NCBI RefSeq assembly: GCF_002113885.1
Contig: NW_018404492.1
Location: 5,540,181 to 5,596,796 of the forward strand
DNA from: Mizuhopecten yessoensis
Taxonomy: Eukaryota
Direction of reading: 5' to 3'
Length of the DNA: 56,616 nucleotides
The position numbers and the translations under genes are program-made. The notes under the pieces are model-generated. The model was not told where the DNA came from. It saw only the letters and a program-made list of their open reading frames with translations, and did not search any database. The number at the start of each line of letters is the position of its first letter. Position 1 is the stretch's first letter. Shown piece by piece: positions 38,846-49,500 of this stretch.

Positions 38846-39202
38846 CATTGTGTTACTGGTACACACTCCCGGTCTGTACCTCCCGCTCTGTAGCATGCGG
38901 GGCTGAAAAATATGGTTATCATCTTCAGCAATTAGTCGTTGACAGAATTAAAGTGGATCTCTGGTAATGATTACACAGGCAGCAGAGTGTCCAATCACTT
39001 TTAGTTGAAAAAATATAGGAATATAGGATTTTTTTCTTCAAAATATAGGAAATTTAATTTATAAGAATTATGCTAAAGATATAGGTAACTTATAGAATTT
39101 TCTATATATTTGAGTTTAAATTCTACATAACGTTATATGCAGTGGTATGCATTATCGTCATAGAACACCATCCTCATCGTCGGAAGTCCACGTTCGATTT
39201 GA

Positions 39203-39761
39203 CTAGGATGAGGGTACCCAAAATGATATACTTTTATATTAATATTTGAAATGAAACAAAACATGCCCTTACCCTTCATTTTCTGTATTTCTTGGGCATC
39301 AACAGCGCGTGTGTCTATTCATAGAGCTCATTAAAGAGAGTCAGATTCACTTGAAATTTTAGCTGGTCGAGTACCCAAAATGGAACACTTCACATGTCAA
39401 ATACTTGTAAGTCAGCTTATGAAAATAATTGACGACATTTAAAATAATTTTTAACTTTACATTTCAAAAAAGTTTTGACAATTTCTGAAATTTATTCCCT
39501 AAAACATTTTTTTGAACATTCTATGTTTCTATGTATAAAAATATGATAGGATAAAAATATTTCAATTGAGTTAATGAACAATATTTAAGAGGTAGGCAGA
39601 TGAAATTTGCTCAAAATGCATAAAACTATATAAATTTTGATTGAGAATACAAACCGTTCATTTTTATTGCAAAATAAAAAATGCTGCATATTATAATTTA
39701 TATGATTACTGAAAAGTGTTCCATTTCTGGGTACCGTTCCATTTGGATACCCTCATCCTAG
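39203..39761. mobile_element. MITE with ~22-bp TIR
   Basis: ctaggatgagggtacccaaaatg ... catttggataccctcatcctag. The target duplication is TA or CTAG. Confidence 0.75.
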
Positions 39762-40548
39762 CGTTTATCAACCGTTGGCGATTTTGCAAAGAAATCTTCG
39801 TTGTTACTGTGAAAATTGATTTTTTTTGAAAAAGAATGCATATTGAGATATTCATATGAATATGATAAAAAAGAATGTTTTAGCACGAAACAAATCATAT
39901 GGGTATGCTATCTTATTGTGTGAATTCATTCATAAGTAGGCCTACGGAAAGTAGTTCTTTCGCCGCCATATTTGTTTTGATCTACTTCTGAAACCTCGAG
40001 ACGGCCATGAATTTTGTGTTCAAAAAAGACATGATAGTATTATTTTTGTACTCTTTTTGAGGTAATAAGGAGAATAAAGACAACATACCCCATCAAAACG
40101 ATACTTACGTTGATGTACAATTTAAGTGTATTGTGTTTATGTAAAGAAATATGTGTTTCCTGCTTGTCAGTCATGCCATGCGGAAATGAAAAATGAATGG
40201 CGTTTGTTTTTTAGCATTGGATTAAAAATGGTCAGAAAATCAAAATTCAACTGAACGACGGAAATCTTATAAACAAGCATATTAAACAGTAATCAGTTTT
40301 TGCAAAAACATCAATAAATCATTGAATTTGACAGGAAAAGTAATATATTTTCATAAAAGTATGGCATATAAGCTACGCGTAGGTTAAGTCTGCCACAAAC
40401 AAAACAATCGTAGTCAATCTATCGGACAATACGGGCGACAAATAAAGACAATATTACATATATCTAAAGTAATAGTGTCTCTATCGCTTAAAATTTTGGA
40501 TTAACAGTGAACAAAACATCTTTTATTTTAAGGTGAAAATGGTTCTAC

Positions 40549-40639
40549 AAACACAACACGAGATTGAATAGACCGCCATTGAAACTTCTTTCGTGTTTCA
40601 AGGGGGTGTTTTCTGTGAGGTCCGAGGAAAGTATATATA
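40549..40639 (+). promoter_or_regulatory. Histone H1-type promoter: H1 box, H4-box-like element, TATA box
   Basis: AAACACA (40549-40555), GGTCCG (40619-40624) and TATATATA (40632-40639), about 60 bp upstream of the ATG. Confidence 0.6.
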
Positions 40640-40699
40640 GGTGCGGGAGGTCGTTGTTTTGGTCACACTTGCATTTGACTGAGTATCAAATCTCTTAAA

Positions 40700-41446
40700 A
40701 TGGCACCAAGTCCGAGAAGGCGTTCGAGGAGTAGGAGTAGGAGCCGTAGTGTGTCTCCAGCCAAAGTAGCAATGCCAAAGCTTGCGAAGAAAAGTCCTAA
40801 GAAGAAGGCAGCAAAGAAGGCAACTGGCCCGAAAAAGCGTGCAAGGTCTAGGTCTAGGTCTAGGAGTAGGAGCAGAAGCCGAAGCAAGTCTCCTTCTAAG
40901 CCAAAGAAGGCCAAGAGTCCAAAGAAGAAGGCAGCTAAGAAGTCGTTAAAGGGAGGAGCTAAGAAACCGACAACTCTGTCTATGGTGGTCGCAGCTATCA
41001 CAGCCATGAAGGACAGGAAGGGGTCATCTGTTCCAGCCATCAGGAAATACATCATGGCTAACTTCAGCAAGTTTCTTACTGCCAGCAGAGTCGCATCGTC
41101 TGTAAGGATTGCTTTAGCACGTGGACTGAAGACTGGGGCACTGGTGAGACCCAAGGGATCCACAGCTACTGGAGCAACAGGGCGCTTCAGGGTAGGAAAA
41201 GCGGCACCAAAAAAGAAGGCAAAGACACCAAAGAAGAAGACACCTAAGAAAAAGAAGGCAAAGAAGCCCAAGAAAGCAAAGAAGACCAAAAAGCCTAAAA
41301 AGGTAAAGAAGGCGAAGAAGGCAAAGCCAGCTAAAAAAGCAAAGAAACCAGCTAAAAAAGCAAAGAAGCCAGTCAAAAAAGCAAAGGCAAAGAAGTCTCC
41401 AAAGAAAGCAAAAAAGGCCGTTAAGAAGGGAGCTACTAAAAAGTAG
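40700..41446 (+). CDS. Sperm-specific protamine-like linker histone (PL-I / PL-II-type SNBP), intronless, 248 aa
   Basis: N-terminal (RS)n blocks and SPKK motifs; an H1 winged-helix domain GGAKKPTTLSMVVAAITAMKDRKGSSVPAIRKYI...LVRPKGSTATGATGRFRVGK, closely resembling Mytilus PL-II as I recall it; and a K/A/P-rich C-terminal tail. Confidence 0.93.
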   Translation: MAPSPRRRSRSRSRSRSVSPAKVAMPKLAKKSPKKKAAKKATGPKKRARSRSRSRSRSRSRSKSPSKPKKAKSPKKKAAKKSLKGGAKKPTTLSMVVAAITAMKDRKGSSVPAIRKYIMANFSKFLTASRVASSVRIALARGLKTGALVRPKGSTATGATGRFRVGKAAPKKKAKTPKKKTPKKKKAKKPKKAKKTKKPKKVKKAKKAKPAKKAKKPAKKAKKPVKKAKAKKSPKKAKKAVKKGATKK

Positions 41447-41468
41447 ACTTCTGAATTACCTACAACAA

Positions 41469-41510
41469 CCAAAGGCCCTTTTAAGGGCCACCCAAGATTC
41501 TCAAAAAGCT
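41469..41510 (+). terminator. Histone mRNA 3' stem-loop and purine-rich downstream element
   Basis: CCAAA-GGCCCT-TTTA-AGGGCC-ACCCA (stem-loop 41474-41489) 28 nt after the stop, followed by AAAAAGCT (41503-41510). Confidence 0.92.
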
Positions 41511-43694
41511 TCCATTTCGCTCAAAAAAACGCAGTTTTTAACGAATCCGTAAATGCAAATAGGGAATGTCCTTTTTTTATCAATGGTGTACACTCCTTTA
41601 AAGTTCATTGATAAAATCACAGCTTGGTTATATAAATGACTTGTTACCATAACGTTTTTTTTTTGTTTGGGCTCAATGAAAAATAAACCTAGAACCACTT
41701 AAATGGAATACAATATAAAACGCGTTTGATTCATTCGAATTGCAATGTATTAACGTACATGTATATCGGGGTTTTCTGAATGCATGAGCACAACATAGTT
41801 TAAACAAGTTTTGTCAAACTTGTATTACAAACAGGCCTATTTACAAAAAACTGATAATTTGAAGGATGAAACAGTAGATGTTTCAATGGAAATAAGAAAA
41901 ATTGACACTTCCTTCATAACAGTTTGTGTTTTGTCCCTAAATATTATAAACGACAAGAAGGAAGTTTTGCTGATTGTGTGCAAAAAATATACTTGTTGCA
42001 GTAAATCCTCTTGACTGTTTTCTGTGTATATAATATCACGAAAGATCTTAAGTAGAGCACGTATTTAAAACAAAAACGATGATAAAATATACACGTTAAT
42101 GTGCCAGTCCCTTGAAATACTGAAACAAACAAAAAATGCTATTTTTTTTTCTACCGATTCATATTTTCAGGTACCACATCGACCTGATATTAGTTGAAAT
42201 ACATAAGTTTTTTTTGCTGGAAGGGTTATAATTATTGTTATAGACCATTGCTTCATTCTTGAATTCCCGAATGCATAATTTGTATTCCAAAGATAATAAA
42301 AATATGATAACAAAAACACCAATAAGACCTTGAGGCTGACTGTTGTTCATTGTATTGATATTTTATAAATTGCATAAATTTGTTATTTATTACTTTTATA
42401 TGCTTATAATTTGCAATTAATCATTGTTATTCTTGAGTGAGTTACTTTAATGCGTATTTAATATAATTATTCATGTTACAATGAACTTGGTAACTGTATT
42501 ACCCTGTCTGCTGTGTATGTTGTTTTGAATTGCTGACCTCTTGTTACACACACAAGTATGTCAATAAAGAATCTGAATCTGATATTTATAAAGATGGGAG
42601 GGGTTTGCAAATTGGTGTGGTGATCTAATAATGCACAAAAAACTTGTTAATAAACTTTAACCAAGTCCACATCAAGCTGCTTTTGGCCTCTAAAATACGA
42701 ATAATGGTTCAGCACATTGCTTACATAACAATTAGTGCCTCCGTATAAATACCTCAACCTCATAATTGTCAAAAGCTTATCGTATATAGAGTGTGGTGAT
42801 CTACCACTGTCTGGAAAAGTTTGCTCAAAAACGTTAACCTCTAGTACTGTAGGACACTGCCGGGGTGACTACATTAGCCAAGGCCTGGGCGACTACATCA
42901 GCCCCCAATTGATGGTGAGAGTGACCAACACATACCCACAATGTTTATAAAGCTGGTAAATGTCAGAGAGTAGTAGAATATCAATGGATTAACATTTAGT
43001 GACCCTTGTGTAGTAATTGAAATTTACTTTTGATAAAGGACATTACCATCATTGAAAAGTATCTTATTATAGCATCACTAGGTGTGAAGAAGACTGTTCA
43101 TCATTCGTCAGCTATTCGGTAGTGAAGCGGACGTAAAACCTATCAATCAATCAACTCTTCAACATTTTAGCCAATTTGACCTCTTTTGGCTCAAAACCTC
43201 AGGCCCTAGGGGCGAGTCTGGGACTTTTAAATTTTCATACCATCAAATTGGCCAACCACAGAAAATATATAATATACACTCAAAAGTGTTATTTTCTATA
43301 GTAAACTTTACTCCCTCTGCAAGGGAGAATGGATGACCGAAGTTAATGACATTCACAAGTACATGTGGTACTAACAATTTAATTGATGATAAAATTAACT
43401 TGGAAAATATCTTATGGACGAAAATTAGCTACTACGTATGCGAATAATGGTATGCCTGTGTATATGCCAGAAGAACTTCGTTACCAACCCAAGTCATCAA
43501 GGACTGCCCAACGATGAGAAATTGATGCATCAATATAAGTGCATGATCAAAAGATTGTTTAAATTAAAGCATTTTGGTTTTGAACAGTTTTTTGGGATAG
43601 TGCTCAAATATTGGATATAGAAGCCATTTCACCCAAGGCTTAGGTTGCCAGTGTGATTGATAGCAATTGATGACAAGGGTTAAAATGCATTGGT

Positions 43695-44320
43695 ACTTGG
43701 CAAAAGAAGAAACGCATAACGCTATCCTCATATCAATATCATTCTATTACTTGGTATGCGGGGTTCTATTGCTTGGTATGTGGAGTTTTATTGCTTGGTA
43801 TATTTCCACAAAATTTTGATATTAAAACAACTTGAAGATTAATCTCTTTACAATTGTCTGTGCGACGTTGTTTAAACGATAACTGCTGAGCGCAAGAGTG
43901 ATGACCACGGTATAGAAAATGACACTTCAATATTTGCTGTGTCAACCCCAAGCGTGAATTCCTACTCGAATTTTCATATGCATATTATTCATGAGAACAT
44001 TTAATTGTCTCAACGGAATATTGTTCCATTCTTCCGTCAACGCTGCAATCATGCAATTGTACGTGGTTATTTAGCAGGTTTGTGGATACGTCCGTCAAGG
44101 CCATCCAAAAGATGTTCCATGGGAGACATGTCGGGGCTATATGGAGGACATTCTGAACGTTGTTTGCTGTGAAAAATTCAAGGCAGATCCTGGCAGCACG
44201 TTGTCGAGCAATGTCTTGCTGGAAGGTGAGGTTGTTCTGTCCAAGAAACTGTAGGATATGTGGTTGGAGTATCTAACAGCAGTGACGTTTTGGTTAAGGT
44301 AATAGGATTGTGTCACCATT
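43695..44320 (-). mobile_element. Tc1/mariner transposase pseudogene fragment with terminal region
   Basis: Minus strand NVTAVRY...LTFQQDIARQRAARICLEF...SPDMSPMEHLLDGL...EWNNIPLRQLNVLMNNM...IHAWG*HSKY*. This matches the Tc1 FQQDNA / SPDLSPIE / EWNNIP...GGHTRY motifs, with stops and frameshifts. Confidence 0.8.
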
Positions 44321-44780
44321 TCTCAGTAGAATTTCTTCAAATTTTGTAGTTATATTGCTTTTAAGTAAAGAAAATTTTCTGCCACAAAAAAAAATATATG
44401 TTGTCAGAATTTTAAGGATTTTAAATGGAAATTTATGTAAAAAGAAGTGAATTTTGAAAAAAAAATGAAAGACACAATATTTTTACAAAATAAAGTCAAT
44501 AAAAATGATACTGACATATATTAGTATTGCATTAATGTATACCAATTTAATAAATGCTGAAATTGTGTAAAATTAATTCTCTATACACGATATAAAAATT
44601 GACATTTTATAATAAAACCATATACACATAATAGACACATGTGATCATTGATAAAAGAAAACCTGAATTAATGCCTGGATTGCTTTGAAATACTTTAATA
44701 TTGAGAGAACACACTGTTCTGTCAATAATAAACATACAATATTCATCAATTTAATATTAAACATTAGAATTTGCGGAAAT

Positions 44781-45184
44781 TGTGATGCTGTCTCCCTACA
44801 TTGGTTATTCAACTAGGGATGTACTTCCTGTTTCCGTTTATCAATACACTCCAATGACCTTAAGTATTACTAAGGGGGATTTCACCTCCCCAACCCATTA
44901 CAGAGGCCCTACTGAACCTATCACGTTTAACAATGCATGCATTGGCGAAGCGCTCACTGGGTCTTCGTTATACCCTTTGCCTTCCGTCAGAGCCCAAACG
45001 ACTCAATCTAGACTTGTTGGTGAAAATTACATGTCCCCACACACGCATTCCAAACCGATTCAAACCATGTCTTCTCATTCAAGCAAGACGCACTTGCCAA
45101 TGCGTAAGAGGTGGTCCGACATATGGTTGGCCTACATTGATTAAAGACGCATGCGTGCTGTCGATCGCTTGAGCCGTCATTACA
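44781..45184 (+). mobile_element. Putative LTR (Gypsy-like) remnant
   Basis: GC-richer ~400-bp block with TGTGATG...CATTACA inverted ends and ATTAAA ~40 bp before the 3' end. No TSD or partner LTR seen. Confidence 0.35.
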
Positions 45185-45720
45185 TTCTGACAACCGTTCC
45201 TGGGATGGTCAGACATTTTAAACTGACCCAGTGGCACACGAACGTTAAAGCAGACTAGACAATACCAAATTACTGTGCAACAATGACTATGACCGGCCAA
45301 GAACATTGCAATTGCTCATCTCTCTAACTTGGGTGAAATGTGGCATCTTATTCAATGGCAAAAGGAAAATGTTTGCATGGAAAACTGATGTGGTTATCAT
45401 CAAAGTCTCGTATAGAATGATATGATTGTTTGCGAAAATGCATGCCTTTTTGGGTCATGCGATTCAGAACACAGTAAGGTACAATCTTTCTTTACAGATA
45501 AACGAGTTATGTAAGGTGGGAGTTTATTCGTTTCTTTTCCCCCATATATATATATATATATTCATTACTGCTATCCATTTTCTGCCATTGGTTAAATAAC
45601 TGAGTATCATGATAGAATACACACAAATTATTTATGATCCAAGAGGTTTGATGTCCTTGCACTCAAACTTCTGGAGAAATATAATTAAAAAACCTTGGAA
45701 TCCTAATGTTTTGGCCTCTA

Positions 45721-45764
45721 GCATCACTGAGGAGTCCTAGAAGGACGACACTGCCGTATGATGC
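45721..45764 (+). ncRNA. Degenerate type I hammerhead ribozyme, copy B
   Basis: GCATCA-CTGAGGA-GTCC(TAGAA)GGAC-GACA-CTGCCG-TA-TGATGC. Stem I is a perfect 6 bp and the core GAAA is mutated to GACA. The downstream ~50 bp is also homologous to copy A. Confidence 0.65.
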
Positions 45765-46535
45765 AGTACGGTTCGTATGTGGCATACTGTATCTAGTACC
45801 AAATCTTAAAGGTGCATCCCATGTGCTTGCGTTACATTTATCTTTTACCCAGTAACATTAGTCCTATGCTGTCACAACGTATCGAAAAATTGGTATATCG
45901 CAATAGTAAACAGGCATATCATATCATATCACAATACATTAATGAAATATCGATGCATCCATACCCCATATCAAGACCAAATTCTTTTACTCCATCCCTA
46001 CAGTTTTAAGTGGCCTCAGACTTTAGATTTAAATAACTTAACTTGACAATATTCTATTGGTTGCCAGGGCAACATGGCAACATCAAGTCTGTCCGGCAGT
46101 ATTGCTGTTTAAATTGTTCCCATGACAATGTATGGTGCACATACATGTAGCTGTAAAGTTATGGTGTACTAAAAAGATAACACAGGTTTGGTCAAGTAAT
46201 GTCATTTACTGTGCATGCATGTATTTCATATACATCATAAATATGAACCCTGGATATTTCACAGTGGGCATCTTTCACACCTATCATCAGCCCAGGCTGT
46301 TATAGAAATAGAAATATTGTCGTTGAGTATCGACACAAACAGCTGGAACTGTCTTGAAATTCCCTCACTTTTGTAATAATATGTTGTCACGGAAAGTTTA
46401 AAATGTCACAGTTCAGATGAAAGACGGCTTCTACTGTGCTCTGTCAATGTATAACAGAATTATTCACTCTGCTCACATTTACCCAAAGATTTTATTTAAG
46501 ATAAAAATGTCATTCCCTTATAGCGATAGTCATCA

Positions 46536-49500
46536 TCAGCTAGCTTCTGCATGTCCATTAGGCTTCTTCCCTGTTGGTCCACCTCCTAAGATGTCTTCTG
46601 CAAAATATAGAGACAACTGTCAGCTGTATACATCTGTCTAAATATAGCATACTGTATAAAAAGTATTTTGTTACATTTTTGTCATTTCAACAGGACAGAT
46701 ATATCACATCAAGGAACCTTACCTACACGCTTTCTAATCTCATAACCAAACATTGAAGATTTGTTTTTCCACATAGAATATTTGAAAACTTGTCTGCAGG
46801 AAAAGATGAAAATTTGGAGGAGAGAAATATAGATAGCACAAGATTAACACTGCGACACCTGTCAAGTAATTACGAGAATAATTTCAGTTACCTGTCCGAA
46901 GTAGCACTGTGTCATTGTGAGTCGCCTGACACTGCATAATCTCTGCACTGAAGTTACTGGTGCCTCCAAACATGATAAGTTTGTCACCAATGACACCCAC
47001 AGACTGCTGCCCCCGACCACTGGGAACCTTGCCTTTCACTGTTGCCTGGTACCACTCCTTGGTATCTGGGAAACCAAGTAACACAAAATATCTCATTATT
47101 ATTTTAAGATGCTGTGTAAGAAAACTTGAAATTGAAAACAACTCTTCCATTCACTTTATAATTAAAATTACTGCATTTAATATTGCTAAATTAAGGAATT
47201 CATGGTTTATTGTCTCCCTTGATTCTTCTGAATCTGAAAATTGGCAAAAAGCTTAAAATCAGCTTTCAAATTTCTGTGGATGTTTTAAAAGTACAGTTTG
47301 AGAGAAAGGTATACAACTATACTTTTAATGCAAAAGTTAGCACTGAACACAATTTTTGCACCTGAAAGTAAGTCAGAACAAAGCAATTTTACATATTTTA
47401 TGGAATATGCATGGAAGCCACTCCTTTTATAAGGACAAGCAAAAGCAAACAAGCCAGGCCATGTCACCAGTGTACACTCACTCTGTGTAGCAAAGCAGGA
47501 AATGCCCTTTGTATGCTCTTGTAAAAACATTTATAAACTTACCCAGGGAAAATATGCTGACATCATCAAAGTGCTGGTTGTCTTTTCCTCTTCCTCCTAA
47601 CACTACAACTCTGTCTCCAACAGCAGAAATTGTATGAAATGATCTTGGACTGGGTGGTCTCCCTTTGCAATTAATATCCATATCCCACTTCCTTGTTTCT
47701 GTCACATAAAAAATACATTTATAATTACCATACTAACTGTGAATTCCTACTCTACAAAATTTTCTCATCAAGGTAGAGAGTTCCAGTAACTTTCTATACT
47801 GTACACAGGCCTTGAAAAGCGAGTTTACTGTTAAATCTATTTACTAACAGGTACACTACTTTCATATAAAGACAATTATAGCTTGTGGGCTGTTTTGAGG
47901 AAGTTAAGACATTTAAAAATTACTTCCAGTAATGTTACAGAAATGTTTTGAGTCTTTGACTGGTAGAGCAATGGATAAGCTTCTTGAGTAAAAATCAAGA
48001 GGTCCAGGATCCAAATTCCCATGGTCAAGTTTTTTTTGGGGAAGAAGAAATTTATAATAGAAACATTCCTTTATAAACAACTTTTTGTTTTTACTATAGT
48101 AAATGGGCAAGCAACTCCCGAGTCAGGAAATTCCTGAACAAATTTGAAAATATGCCCAGAACAAACTCATGACTGATGTGTTCTACTGTTACTTATAGCT
48201 ATATTTTACTGTAGACTTGGGTAACTTTCAAGATTGCGCAGCATTTTTAATATGTAATCATTTCCATTAATAGTTGGCATGATGATAAAATCATTGTTTT
48301 ACAATCAATAGCTGTAAACGTGTTATTTCAAAGACTATTTTTTAATTTGGTACATACACATCACAAAACAAAATTCAAACACTTTTCCAGCACATTTGTT
48401 TTTCTCCCATTTCTCAGTATGAGACTTTCAGAATTGTTTAGTGTAATGACACTGTTATATTATAAAACAAAATTTAAACAAATTTCAATAGACTGAAATA
48501 ATCAATTTCTTTGTACACTGTATCAAAGTTTTTATCAACACAAAACTTTTACAATAGTCCTTCATTAACAAAATTTGACTGAGTCCTTCATAGAAAAGAA
48601 CACATTTTGTCTCCAGAATATCATATCTACATATTTTTCGTGGAAAATTGATTGCTCACTTTCCATGATATCAGCATTTCCCGGTTCTTTTTCATGGCCT
48701 GTATGACCCATATTTAATATCTATAGTGTTGGATCTACATCTGCACTGAATCATCAATTTTACAGGTGAAAGGTTTTTTTTCTGAACGAACAACTCGGTA
48801 AAGATATTTTCATGTTAGATTTGTGCGTAGTTCACAGAATCAACATCAAAACATGAAAACTTAAACATACCTGTGTCAAAAATGTGGATGTCATTCTGTC
48901 TGTCCTCTGTGTCTCGTCCTCCCATGATTACCAGACTTTTACCAACCGCACAGAGACCATGAGCAGCCCGAGGACTTGGCACTCCTAGATTCATCTGTAG
49001 TGGCTGTGACCATTTGTTGGTTACTGTTCAACACAAATTAAGCTCTTATCATTTTTTTTTTTTATATATTTTGAAATGTTATGTAAATCGTTTCAAGATT
49101 GGGAACCACCTCTCTACCTCTAGGGGAGGAGGAAACACTCTTTATTTTAAAAAGAAACATGGCGTTCTCGGGGCCCCATGCTTTAGACACTACAGACCAA
49201 AAATAGTTAAATTTTTACACCGATGATGAAGGAGTAGGATTTAGAAGCTGACACTTTATTTTCCCTTTTAATTTGTGCTCCTGCTTTTAAAGGAACCACA
49301 ATTTTATGCATATGAAATCAAATTCCTTTGGCCAAGTGATGATCTGTTCCACATTTACATAAAATCCTGAAAGTCCTTCTGCACAAAATGCCTTGTACAG
49401 GAAAAAGTATTTAAAAATCTCTTAAATACAAGTGTAGAAGCATTTATGCACCTGTATCAAAGACATATAGGTCATTGAACCAGCCAAATTCTGCAGCTTC

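Noticed and set aside
38598-38967. Overlapping ORFs with 14-aa repeats in several frames
   Set aside because: Explained by a 42-bp minisatellite that happens to lack stops in those frames.
40663-41472. 269-aa minus-strand ORF rich in F/A/L
   Set aside because: Antisense shadow of the lysine-rich PL/H1 gene; it has no independent signals.
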